Source: Verrucomicrobiales bacterium (GTDB taxonomy: Bacteria > Verrucomicrobiota > Verrucomicrobiia > Verrucomicrobiales > DEV007). Taken from it: a stretch of 64,000 nucleotides of DNA. The notes under the pieces are model-generated. The model saw nothing but the letters and a program-made list of their open reading frames with translations. It had not been told where the DNA came from and did not search any database. Positions 9,950-19,817 of this stretch are shown here, in pieces. The stretch covers positions 46,826 to 110,825 of the forward strand of contig CBDBEZ010000134.1 in the NCBI GenBank assembly GCA_965204485.1, read 5' to 3'. Every line of letters begins with the position of its first letter. Position 1 is the first letter of the stretch. Both the position numbers and the translations under genes were made by a program.

Positions 9950-10868
9950 CAGCGATTCCGTAAGACGGCGTCGGAAAGAGTCGTAATGGCCTGAATTGGT
10001 GGGTGTTGAGCGTGTTGAAGCTGGCGCTAGGAGGGCGAACAGTTTCGTGTGGCGGTTCTCGGGCGAATTTCGGAGGGCTCGAGCCGCGAAATGGATCCCC
10101 CTGTCGGCAATAGGCAACAGGGAGCCAGACCGCTCCGATGGCGGACGCGAACCCAAGGTTACCGAGAGCGCGGAGCGGGCGTTCCTCAGCCCGGAGCCGG
10201 TGGCGGCCACCATCGATCCTCTCGCATGGAGGCGGCGATTTGACGGGCAAAATAGATGGCCGTGTGTCCACGGCGTATCTCTGGCTTCAAGTTGCGCTTG
10301 TGGAAGCAGTGGAACACGGCGTGGGCCATGAACATGATCAGCCACAGAACGAGAATGGAATTGGGATGATGGTGATAGCAATGACCGGAATGCCAGCGGG
10401 AGCAGAGTTCGTTAAAGCCTTCGTTTTCGACCTTCCAACGTCGTGCCCGAAATGGAAGATGGTCTTGGCATCGGCCATTGAGCGGGGCATGGTCGTCGCC
10501 CACCACCAGTGGCTATCGATGGGAGTCTCGACCCAATCCCCAGCGACGCGCTCGCGACGGATGCCAGTCTCATGGGAATGAACAACGCGAAGAGGAGTGT
10601 GAATGGATTCAGTGCAGAAGCCCTCAGCCTCTTGTAAATGAACGTGCCGCGCGGGCTTGCCCGGTGCAGCCGGAGTCTCAAATGATTCTGGGTTTTGCTC
10701 CTCAAGGGGCAGGAGCGTGCGGGCTTCGGACAATAGCTCAGGCTGATTATCCTTGAGTACGGCAACAAGGTATTTGCCGTGGTCTTCAAGAAGATTGATC
10801 ACGGAGGGACGCAGGTAGAGCGCATCGGCAGTGAGCACGTCAAAGGCAGCGTGGGTGGTCCTTAAGGA
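9950..10868 (-). mobile_element. IS-B copy 2, right-end fragment (transposase C-terminal part, 1-nt deletion near 10440), truncated at the IS-A hotspot
   Basis: The right terminus CAGCGATTCCGTAAGACGGCG starts at 9950, only 9 bp after the left terminus of copy 1. It ends at TCCTTAAGGA (10859-10868), where IS-A begins. Confidence 0.85.
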
Positions 10869-11601
10869 CAATGCCTTTAGGGAAAGATCCAAAATATTTT
10901 AGATAAATGTTGCATTTTACCATAATAGTTATAATTGGGGTGGATGCCTCACTCCCATCCCAATCAAGTTAGCGGTTTCCTTGGTCAGTTCGAACATCTT
11001 TTCGGATTCGTTCGCGATCGCTTCGAACGCTTGCAGAACCCAGGCCGCGGCCCCAACCCCAAGCTGCCGGCCTGGGATCTTCTCGCCTCCCTGGTCTATC
11101 ACGTGATCAGTGATGCTGGCCATTTCTCGGCCCATGTGTTCCAGTTGTTCGAGGTGGTGATCAAGGATAGTGCGCTCTCGGAACGGCGCCAGAGGATGGG
11201 GCTTGAGCCATTCCGCTTGGCTCATGAAGCAGGTGTTAAAGCCCCTCGCCGATGGACGCGTACACAAGGGATGTTTCTACAAGGGGCTGCGCCTGTGCGG
11301 GATCGATGGCTCGAAATGGAGCGTCACGAACACGCCGCAGGTTCTGGCTGCCATGAGCAAGGCGGCCTCCAGGAGAATGACCGCCGCCTTTGCGAAAATA
11401 GAGATGTGCGCGCTCGTGGAACTTGGCATCCATAACCCGTTGGCGGCGACGGTCGGACTGAAAGGAGAAGGCGAATGGACCCTGGCCAAAGAACTTCTCG
11501 GGAGTCTGCCGAAGAGGAGTCTGCTGATTGTCGACCGGCTTTACGGTTGCGGGAAGTATCTCGACGAATTCGTGAAATCATGCCGGGCGGCACATAGTGA
11601 A

Positions 11602-13125
11602 CCCCAGCGTTTCATAAAATGGCCAGTCAGACCATCATGTAGTAGGCGATTTCTTCTTCGACGGCCTGATTGCCTCCGAGTGTCAATGTGAGTCGACCTC
11701 GAGGGCGAGTCAGGCGTCCGGCACGCTGGATGATTTTGCGGCGAATCGTGCCGAGTCCTTCAAACATCCACTCCGCAGCCCTTTGGGGGGACGATTTGCG
11801 TGACCGCTCCGCAGATCGCATCTGCATTTCGCGTGTGAGATTGTGGGTGAGGATACTGGCCAAAAGGAAAGCTGCTTCGTTGGCGGCACGTCGCTTGGCC
11901 GGAATATAGTCCATCTGGGCCTGGCTCTTGGCTTCGCCAAAAATCTTCTCCTGAGAGCCACGCCCTTCATGAAATTTCACCACATGAGCGGCCGTGTTTG
12001 TCTTGTTGGTGATGATCGCCTCGTATTCATAGTTCTCCTCGACTGGTTCGAAAAGATCCAGTTGGAGCGGTCCTTTGCGCTGAGTGCGCCTCATGGTTCG
12101 AATGCACAAAATGCGCGCTTTGCGCGCCCAACTTTTTGGCTTCCAGCGGATTTCGAAGTGATGAGTTTTTCCTTCTCCGCCTCGGGTTCGGGACCAGCGA
12201 CGGCGCTTCTCAATGATGCCCTTGAGTTCCACAAGCCGCTCGAAAGGCACCGAGAACGTATATTCCAGGCCCAGGGTCTTTGCCTCTGAAACCATCTGAT
12301 CGCTGAAAAACGCGCTGTCGGCGCGCAACTCGATCTGCACATCAGGCAGCACCTTGCGAATTTTTTCCACGCAGTAGCGAAGAAATTCCACCGCGCCATT
12401 GGAGTCATGGACGTTGCCGCTTCGATGAAGGTAATCGAGAATCTGTCCGGTTTGGGAGATCGTCGCGAGCAGCGGATAATAACTGCGCTCGCCTTTTTTC
12501 TTCTTGTTAAATCCCACAGCCGTCCCTTCCGCATGGCGACTCGTGCTCTGCACGCTTCCGCCCAAATCAAGCGTGATGCGTTTGATTCCTTCCTCCTGAA
12601 GTCGCGACAGGCAAACGAAATGATTCATCTCCCTCATCCTCTCAAGGCTTCGACAATCGACCTTTCCCAACATCCAGCTCATCGTTGGGACACTGGGCAA
12701 TTGGTGCATCCCCAAAACCTGTCGTACAAGGGGATCATCTCGGTAGTAGTCCAAATCGCGAAGCATCCGGTAGCCCAGTATAAGATGCACGATAAGACAC
12801 ATGAAAACCTTGTGGAACTTGTAGAAGCGGGACATGCGCCGATCCAGTGGACCAAAGCACTGCTGAAGCTTCCCCTCCAGATCCAATTCTTGAAAGAGCT
12901 TCTGAAAGATAACGAGACCGCCGAAAGAGGTCAGTTCTTGATCTTCAAATTTGATCGCCGGAATCGTTCTGGACTTTGCATTAATCGTACGTCGTGCTAC
13001 TCTCACTGTAGGTGGCTTTTGGGTTGAAGTGTTTGGTGTTTTGGTAGATTTCAAATTAACCTTATCCCAAAGGCCCCTGCCACTATTTTCTTGGGATTCT
13101 TGCCCCGATTTATGAAACTATGGGG
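11602..13125 (-). mobile_element. IS1380-family element (IS-C), complete, 4-bp TSD
   Basis: TIRs CCCCAGCGTTTCATAAA / TTTATGAAACTATGGGG. TGAA is duplicated at 11598-11601 and 13126-13129. The uninterrupted IS-A sequence (..CATAGTGAATTGTTGG.. at 36376) confirms the target. Confidence 0.9.
11627..13054 (-). CDS. IS1380-family DDE transposase (475 aa, apparently intact)
   Basis: LTSFGGLVIF.., ..YYPLLATISQTGQ.., ELRADSAFF, HEGRGSQEKIFGEAKSQ and a C-terminal ..LTRPRGRLTLTL block are characteristic of IS1380 transposases. Confidence 0.85.
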   Translation of the reverse strand: MKSTKTPNTSTQKPPTVRVARRTINAKSRTIPAIKFEDQELTSFGGLVIFQKLFQELDLEGKLQQCFGPLDRRMSRFYKFHKVFMCLIVHLILGYRMLRDLDYYRDDPLVRQVLGMHQLPSVPTMSWMLGKVDCRSLERMREMNHFVCLSRLQEEGIKRITLDLGGSVQSTSRHAEGTAVGFNKKKKGERSYYPLLATISQTGQILDYLHRSGNVHDSNGAVEFLRYCVEKIRKVLPDVQIELRADSAFFSDQMVSEAKTLGLEYTFSVPFERLVELKGIIEKRRRWSRTRGGEGKTHHFEIRWKPKSWARKARILCIRTMRRTQRKGPLQLDLFEPVEENYEYEAIITNKTNTAAHVVKFHEGRGSQEKIFGEAKSQAQMDYIPAKRRAANEAAFLLASILTHNLTREMQMRSAERSRKSSPQRAAEWMFEGLGTIRRKIIQRAGRLTRPRGRLTLTLGGNQAVEEEIAYYMMV

Positions 13126-13833
13126 TGAATTGTTGGTGAAGGCACGCGGCAGCAACAAGAGCCATAAGACTGAAAGGCTCTCCGATGGAAGCGCGCTGGT
13201 CAGCATCAAGGTGCCCAGAAAGAAGGCTGATGGGCCGCGGGAGAATCAAGGGGAGATCCGTATCCGTGAGATTCGAGGCCGGATCAGGAAGCCGGGGGCA
13301 CGACAGTGGAGCGAAGTGAGGCTATGGACGACGCTTATTGATGAGCAGGAGTATCCGGCGCAGGAATTGCTGGAGCTCTATGCCCTGCGCTGGGAACACG
13401 AGATATTCTACAAGGAACTCAAGCTCCACATACGCGGGAATGACGTTCTTCATAGCCATACGCCAGAAACAGCGGCCCAGGAGGTGGCGGCATTGCTCAT
13501 GGCCTGCTCGATCATCGCGCAGGAGCGATGCGAAGCCGCGAAAAGCGGCAACATCCAGCCGTTGAGCATCAGTTTCCTGAAGACGCTCGACAAAATGAAT
13601 TCACTATGGGTAGTGTTCGAAGTGTCCGAGGGACTGCTGACCGAAGAGACAAAACAGGAGATGGTAGCGCGAGTCAGAGAATTGATCGTTCGGGAGGCAA
13701 TACCGAAAAGACGACAAAGGAGTTGCCCGCGCAAAGTCCGCCAACCGGTGACGAGTTGGCCTAGGCTAACAGAAAACGACTCTCGTGAGGGCGAGTTCCT
13801 GCTGGAGATTGTTAGCTTTCTCTAAAGGCATTG

Positions 13834-14015
13834 CGGCTAGGGCGTCCAGGGTGCCCTCGATGAGGCTGCGAAACAATTGCCAAAGCAATCCCGCGAAGCA
13901 CAGCACTTGAAGATGCCCAGTTTGCCGGTCCCGCACCTCCTCGTAGCTCGAGCGACCACTCCGAAGCATGGCCTCGAAAATCAGAGCGTATTGCATCGCA
14001 GCCAGATGCACCGAG
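13834..14015 (-). pseudogene. Fragment of an unidentified gene (gene X, internal part) between the IS-A right end and the IS-D left end
   Basis: Open minus-strand frame ..VHLAAMQYALIFEAMLRSGRSSYEEVRDRQTGHLQVLCFAGLLWQLFRSLIEGTLDALA. It continues in frame with 33439-33290 once the IS-A TSD is removed. Confidence 0.4.
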
Positions 14016-14405
14016 GGTAACTGATTAGCGCATCTAACAAGCTCTTGACAGCTTCGATAATTAAGACATCTCAACCATTGATGTCGTCCGATTCTCTTGA
14101 ATCGCTCCCCACGAGAGAACTGATCCGGCTCGTCCGCGATCTACGGGAGCGGTTTGCTCAGTTGGAGGCGGAGAATCTGAAGCTTCGCGAGGAATTGGAT
14201 GAGTTGAAGCGCAAGCAGAACAGATCGGCGGCTCCGTTCTCGAAGGGAAAACCCGAGGCCAACTCGAAAAGACCGGGACGCAAGCCGGGCCAAGGGTCCT
14301 TCCGGCGGCGGGAGGAACCGGAGATTGGCCGGATGACAATGTTCGAAGCATGAAGCCCGATTGCCCAAGAGGCGGTCGTCAAATTGTCCTCGATGCGGAG
14401 GCAGG
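14016..14405 (+). mobile_element. IS66-family element (IS-D) left-end fragment, truncated by IS256 copy 2
   Basis: Starts with the IS-D terminus GGTAACTGATTAGCGCATCTAACAAGCTC. Encodes MSSDSLESLPTRELIRLVRDL.. with a 21-nt in-frame deletion (EDRRLRK missing) and later frameshifts relative to 54455-55936. Confidence 0.85.
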
Positions 14406-15817
14406 CTTGGAACTCGAGAAATGACCGGAAGTTGTGGATGAGGGCGGTCGGGGCATCATGAAGAGTTCAACCATTTACCAAAACAACTGAACTCCAATGA
14501 AAACCACCAACCACCCCACCGAATCCGCATCTATCCTCGGCCAAGAAGGAGCAAGCACCGTCTGCCAGAACGCCCTTGAGGCCACCCTGCGACAAGGAGC
14601 CCAAGTGCTTCTTCAGGCCGCCATCGACAACGAAGTCTCCGACTACATTCAAGCCCATCAACATCAGCGTGATGACCAGGGTCATCGCCAAGTCGTTCGC
14701 AACGGCCATCTTCCTCAGCGACAACTTCAGACTGGAATAGGAAACGTTTCTGTTCGGCAGCCAAGGATCAATGATCGCCGATCAGGCCAGCGGTTCACCA
14801 GCGCCATCCTTCCGCCGTACCTACGCGAGTCGCTTCACTGGACAACCTCATCCCAGCACTCTACCTGCGAGGAATCTCAACCTCCGAGATGAGTCGGGCC
14901 TTAGAGCCGATCCTCGGTGAGAACGCATCGGGACTTTCTGCAGCCAACATCGTTCGACGAGGAAGAGCAATGGGAGAAAGAACGCGAGCAATGGAGCAAG
15001 CGTGACCTCAGCGACAAGGAATACGTCTATCTCTGGGCCGACGGATCTACTTCAATGTCAGGCTCAATGACGACCGCCCATGTGTTCTCGTAATCGTCGG
15101 CTCCTTACCCGATGGAACCAAGGAATTGGTAACCATCAGCGATGGAGAACGAGAGAGCAAACTGTCCTGGAAAAATGTGCTCAGAGACCTCAAGAAACGA
15201 GGATTGAAGATCCCTCCGAAACTGAGTATCGCCGATGGAGCTCTCGGGTTCTGGAGCGCCTTGGAAGAGGAATATCCGACAAGCAAACAGCAACGATGTT
15301 GGGTGCACAAGACAGCCAACATCCTCGACAAGCTGCCGAAGAAAGCGCAGCCCCTTGCCAAGGAACGCATCCATGAGATCTACATGGCGGAAACAAAGAA
15401 GGCCGCCTTGGAGGCCTATGACGAGTTCTTCACGCTCTACGAAGCCAAGTATCCGAAAGCGTGCGCCTGCCTGAAGAAAGACAAGGAAACTCTACTAACG
15501 TTCTACGATTTTCCAGCCGAGCACTGGAGACACATCCGGACGACAAACCCGATTGAGTCGACGTTTGCCACGGTCCGCCATCGGACTCGACAAACCAAAG
15601 GGTGCGGATCGAGGAAAGCAACCCTTTCAATGGTCTACAAGCTCGGCCTGGAAGCCGAGAAAGGCTGGCGTCGACTGAACGGATATCGTCAACTTGACAA
15701 AGTCGTGCAAGGAATCATCTTCGTGGACGGCATCGAGCAGCAAACCGCTGCCTAACCCATGATCGAACTTCGAATGGTGTTCCGACCGCCCTCATCCACA
15801 ACTTCCGGTCATTTCTC
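14406..15817 (+). mobile_element. IS256-family element (IS-E) copy 2, both ends present, no TSD, degenerate transposase
   Basis: Same TIRs as copy 1. The transposase (14497-15755) shares the copy-1 frame break and has additional indels near 14826 and 15045. Confidence 0.88.
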
Positions 15818-16259
15818 AGGTACGGCGGAAGGATGGCGCTGGTGAACCGCTGGCCTGATCGGCGATCATTGATCCTGGGCTGCCGAACAGGAACGTTCTC
15901 TATTCCAGTCTGAAGTTGCCGCTTCAGGAAGATGGCCGTTGCGGACGACTTGGCGATGACCCTGGTCATCACGCTGATGTTGATGGGCTTGAATGTAGTC
16001 GGAGACTTCGTTGTCGATGGCGGCCTGAAGAAGCATTTGGGCTCCTTGTCGCAGGGTGGCCTCAAGGGCGTTCTGGCAGACGGTGCAGCGATTCCGTAAG
16101 ATAGGCGGCTGAGGCGGCTCAAGCCCTGTATTTTTGGGTAATTCGGATCGGCAGCGCCCATTTTTGACCCCATGGCAAATTCGCATTCGTTATTTCATCT
16201 TTTTTAAGCTTGTTTCTGTAATAGTCTTATATTACAGTGCGCTGAACGAGCCGACCTTC

Positions 16260-16718
16260 ATGCCAAGCAGAAACTCCCTGCCCCCCACCGAACGCCAGAT
16301 TCGCAGCCGCCTCCGCCAGCTCCTCGACCAGGCCGAAGGCTTCCTTCACGGCTCGCCCATCGAACTCTCTCGTAAATGCGGCAAGCCCACTTGCCGTTGC
16401 GCTTCCGACGACTCCTTGCGCCATCGCTCCTTGGCCATCGGTCAGACTCGCAAGGGCAAGACCACCATGCTGCACGTCCCCAGACCGTTGGAAGCTCAGG
16501 CGAGACGCTGGATCGATGATTTCCAGAAGGCGAATGCTCTGCTGGAAGCCCTCGACGAGCAGGGGCGCCTCCGACTCGAGGAGGCAAAAACCAAGGCCAG
16601 AGCGGCGAGTAGCTCCGCCAAGAAGAAGGGCAAGACCGGTAAGAAATCAGCCGGCAAAGCCAAGTCCGGGCGCAATTCTCCACCAAAAAAGAAGCGACCA
16701 TTCTCACGCGACTACTAA
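16260..16718 (+). CDS. IS-B orfA: DUF6788-like small protein with CxxxxCxC knuckle and Lys-rich tail (152 aa)
   Basis: MPSRNSLPPTERQIRSRLRQLLDQAEGFLHGSPIELSRKCGKPTCRCASDDSLRHRSLAIGQTRKGKTTMLHVP.. resembles the GS..RKCGKPxCxC..GKT..VP pattern I recall for DUF6788. Conserved in 4 copies. Confidence 0.7.
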   Translation: MPSRNSLPPTERQIRSRLRQLLDQAEGFLHGSPIELSRKCGKPTCRCASDDSLRHRSLAIGQTRKGKTTMLHVPRPLEAQARRWIDDFQKANALLEALDEQGRLRLEEAKTKARAASSSAKKKGKTGKKSAGKAKSGRNSPPKKKRPFSRDY

Positions 16719-16737
16719 CTTACGCGGACAAGATTTT

Positions 16738-16762
16738 CAGCCTCCGCCAACAGTGGAGGCTG
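16738..16762 (+). promoter_or_regulatory. Stem-loop between IS-B orfA and the transposase that pairs with the putative SD (GGAGG) of the GTG-initiated transposase
   Basis: CAGCCTCC-GCCAACAGT-GGAGGCTG forms a perfect 8-bp stem. GGAGG (16755-16759) lies 6 nt upstream of the GTG at 16766. Conserved in all IS-B copies. Confidence 0.45.
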
Positions 16763-16765
16763 CGG

Positions 16766-17968
16766 GTGCGTGACTCTCGTCCCAAACCACAGATTCCCAC
16801 TCGAGTTTTCCCGGCAGCATTCTTCGCCATGTTCTGCTGCCGGTTACCAAGCTTCAACGAACTCGAGCAACACCGGAACAAGAGCAGCTGGACCCGTTGG
16901 CTCGGTAATCACCGTTTGCCCAGCGCCGACGAACTGGCGTATGTCTCCGAGCGCATCGAGCCTGACAGTGTGCGAGGGTGTCTCGGACACATTTACTTCT
17001 GCCTCAAACGCAACAAAATCCTTGCCCCACAGCGCGGTTGGATGCTTGCCGCCGTCGATGGTCACGAAACTCACTGTAGCTACAAACGTTGTTGTCCAAA
17101 GTGTCTCCAACGCCGGATCGCCGTCGGAGACGAGGTCAAAACACAGTTCTACCACCGCTTGGTCGCGTTTCAGATTATCTGTGAGGATTTTCCATTGCTT
17201 CTCGACGTGGAAATGCTTGAGCCTGGTGAAGACGGAGATCCTGGAGACGACGAAGTCGCTGCGGCTATACGGCTGATAACTCGCGTCCTTAAGGACCACC
17301 CACGCTGCTTTGACGTGCTCACTGCCGATGCGCTCTACCTGCGTCCCTCCGTGATCAATCTTCTTGAAGACCACGGCAAATACCTTGTTGCCGTACTCAA
17401 GGATAATCAGCCTGAGCTATTGTCCGAAGCCCGCACGCTCCTGCCCCTTGAGGAGCAAGAGCCAGAATCATTTGAGACTCCGGCTGCACCGGGCAAGCCC
17501 GCGCGGCACGTTCATTTACAAGAGGCTGAGGGCTTCTGCACTGAATCCATTCACACTCCTCTTCGCGTTGTTCATTCCCATGAGACTGGTATCCGTCGCG
17601 AGCGCGTCGCTGGGGATTGGGTCGAGACTCCCATCGATAGCCACTGGTGGTGGGCGACGACCATGCCCCGCTCAATGGCCGATGCCAAGACCATCTTCCA
17701 TTTCGGGCACGACCGTTGGAAGGTCGAAAACGAAGGCTTTAACGAACTCTGCTCCCGCTGGCATTCCGGTCATTGCTATCATCATCATCCCAATTCCATT
17801 CTCGTTCTGTGGCTGATCATGTTCATGGCCCACGCCGTGTTCCACTGCTTCCACAAGCGCAACTTGAAGCCAGAGATACGCCGTGGACACACGGCCATCT
17901 ATTTTGCCCGTCAAATCGCCGCCTCCATGCGAGAGGATCGATGGTGGCCGCCACCGGCTCCGGGCTGA
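16766..17968 (+). CDS. IS-B DDE transposase (400 aa; IS4/IS5-superfamily fold, family unresolved)
   Basis: Candidate DDE residues in LAAVDGHE, VLTADALY and DRWKVENEGFNEL. Cys cluster HCSYKRCCPKC. Intact in copies 3 and 5. Confidence 0.85.
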   Translation: MRDSRPKPQIPTRVFPAAFFAMFCCRLPSFNELEQHRNKSSWTRWLGNHRLPSADELAYVSERIEPDSVRGCLGHIYFCLKRNKILAPQRGWMLAAVDGHETHCSYKRCCPKCLQRRIAVGDEVKTQFYHRLVAFQIICEDFPLLLDVEMLEPGEDGDPGDDEVAAAIRLITRVLKDHPRCFDVLTADALYLRPSVINLLEDHGKYLVAVLKDNQPELLSEARTLLPLEEQEPESFETPAAPGKPARHVHLQEAEGFCTESIHTPLRVVHSHETGIRRERVAGDWVETPIDSHWWWATTMPRSMADAKTIFHFGHDRWKVENEGFNELCSRWHSGHCYHHHPNSILVLWLIMFMAHAVFHCFHKRNLKPEIRRGHTAIYFARQIAASMREDRWWPPPAPG

Positions 17969-18353
17969 GGAACGCCCGCCCTGCGCTCTCGGTAACCTTG
18001 GGTTCGCGTCCGCCATCGGAGCGGTCTGGCTCCCTGTTGCCTATTGCCGACAGGGGGATCCATTTCGCGGCTCGAGCCCTCCGAAATTCGCCCGAGAACC
18101 GCCACACGAAACTGTTCGCCCTCCTAGCGCCAGCTTCAACACGCTCAACACCCACCAATTCAGGCCATTACGACTCTTTCCGACGCCGTCTTACGGAATC
18201 GCTGCAGACGGTGCTTGCTCCTTCCTGGCCAAGGATAGATGCTGATTCGGTGGGGTGGTTGGTGGTTTTCATTGGAGTTCAGTTGTTTTGGTAAATGGTT
18301 GAACTCTTCATGATGCCCCGACCGCCCTCATCCACAACTTCCGGTCACTTCTC

Positions 18354-18878
18354 GTGCTCGATGGCGCCAAAGCGCTCAAGAATGCTGTGCTGAAAATCTG
18401 GGACGACGCGGTGATTCAGCGCTGCCTGGTTCACAAAGAGCGCAATATCCGGGGAAAACTCTCCAGCAAGCATCACGGGAAGTTGGCCGAGCACTTCGCC
18501 GCGTTGCGAATCGCGCAGGGGCCCGAGCAAGCACATGAAGCCTTGTGGAACCTGCGTGAGTTCCTCAAAGGAGTCAGCGCGCAAGCATTGGAGAGCCTGG
18601 AAGAATCTGGAGAAGAGGAGCTGCTGGCCTTTCACCGCCTGAGTCTACCCAACACGCTCAACACCACCTTTCTCAGCACCAACAACATTGAGAATGCCTT
18701 CCGCAATACTCGCCGGAAGATTGGCCGGGTGACGCGCTGGCTGGAAGAAACGAACCAGGCTTCGAAATGGCTGGCCTACGCGCTAACGAAGGCAAAGGAA
18801 GGTTTCCGGCGGATCAAAGGCTTCCAGGAAATGGGAAAGCTCCACGCAGCCTTGAAGCGGGAAAAAGTCAGCGCCTGA
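18354..18878 (+). pseudogene. C-terminal fragment of a second IS256-like (mutator) transposase (IS-F), 5'-truncated by IS-E copy 3
   Basis: VLDGAKALKNAV..QRCLVHKERNI..TNNIENAF matches the IS256-family core but is only distantly related to IS-E. Confidence 0.7.
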
Positions 18879-18970
18879 CGGCGGACCTCCGGAAAGGTTT
18901 TCAAGGCATGGGTTCCCTCAAAACGATGGACATTGAGATGCAAGGGATTTATGGACCAAATTTAGCTTAG

Positions 18971-19817
18971 TTAGATGTTAGTATTTGCTTCGAATTGAGC
19001 AGGTGTTTGGTAGTCGAGTGAGGAATGTTTCCGTTTGGTATTGTAGTACGATTCGATGTAGTCAAATAGTTCGGTCCGGGCGTCTTCTTCGTTGATGAAA
19101 CAGCCACCTCGGATCATCTCCGCCTTCAAAGTGCCGATCATTGATTCGGTCCAAGCGTTGTGATAGGGATTACCTCTAGCTGACATGCTTTGCAGTATCC
19201 CGGCTTGAGATAACACTTTGCGAAAAGCGCGGCTTCCATACTGACTTCCTCGGTCGCTGTGAAAGATTCTGCCAGGCTTCTTAGGAGTCGAAGCCAGGGC
19301 CATCTCCAGTGCATGGACCACGAGCTCGGCTCGCATGTGATCTGCGAGCGCCCACCCGACCACTCGCCTCGAATAGAGGTCGATTACGACAGCGAGGTAG
19401 AGCCAGCCATCTGCAGTGCGTATGTGCGTGATATCGCCAGCCCAAACTTGGTTGGGCTTCTCAGGTTCCGGTTGGTTTTCCAACAGATTCTGCGAGGGCT
19501 TGTCGGCCCGGCCATCGCTGGTTTTGGGCACGAATTTTCTGGGCTGAATTGCACGTAACTCTCTCTGCCATGAGTCTACGCACGCGATCTAATGAGCATT
19601 GGATCTCCATGTCGCGAAGCTCCTGATAAATTCTGCGATGGCCATAGCGCCCGCGGTGTTCCCGGAAGATCTTCTCGATGACATCACCAATTTCCTGGTC
19701 ACTTTGCTGAGTCGGTGTCGGCTTTGCAGCATGATAGTAGCTGCTTCGCGGCAAATTCAAGGTGGCGCAGATTTGGCGGACACTATGCCCGGTTACCTGA
19801 TGTATCGACCCAATCAT
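18971..19817 (-). pseudogene. IS3-family orfB (integrase-core DDE), frameshifted by a 2-nt (CT) deletion near 19555
   Basis: ORFs 18971-19531 and 19461-19817 together equal the intact 282-aa orfB at 34383-35231 (..WAGDITHI..DLYSRRVVGW..HSDRGSQY..YNTKRKHSSL). Confidence 0.88.

Larger units (their letters stand above)
10869..13833 (+). mobile_element. IS-A copy with nested IS1380-family element; hybrid flanks
   Basis: The left end abuts TCCTTAAGGA (the IS-B site) and the right end abuts CGGCTAGGGC (13834-13843). The transposase is intact at the Trp codon that is TAG in other copies, but has a 1-nt insertion near 11212 and the IS-C insertion at 11602. Confidence 0.88.
16086..18204 (+). mobile_element. 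IS-B copy 3: complete 2119-bp two-gene IS with 9-bp TSD (reference copy)
   Basis: TIR CAGCGATTCCGTAAGA at both ends. Perfect direct repeat CAGACGGTG at 16077-16085 and 18205-18213 within IS256 sequence. About 170-bp 5' and about 236-bp 3' non-coding arms. Confidence 0.93.
15818..18353 (-). mobile_element. IS256-family element (IS-E) copy 3, 5' ~400-bp fragment in inverse orientation, split by IS-B copy 3
   Basis: 15818-16085 and 18205-18353 are the reverse complement of IS-E positions about 1-410 (..STVCQNALEATLRQGAQ..PPYL). The terminal repeat ends at 18353, and the fragment abuts the right end of copy 2 at 15817/15818. Confidence 0.85.

Noticed and set aside
16134-16259. N-terminal extension of IS-B orfA (MGNSDRQRPFLTPWQIRIRYFIFFKL..), giving the 194-aa ORF in the track
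   Set aside because: The extension starts only ~50 bp from the IS-B terminus, within the AT-rich left non-coding arm, and is not protein-like. The Met at 16260 begins the conserved, coding-like part. The same applies to 9768-9893 and 33728-33853.
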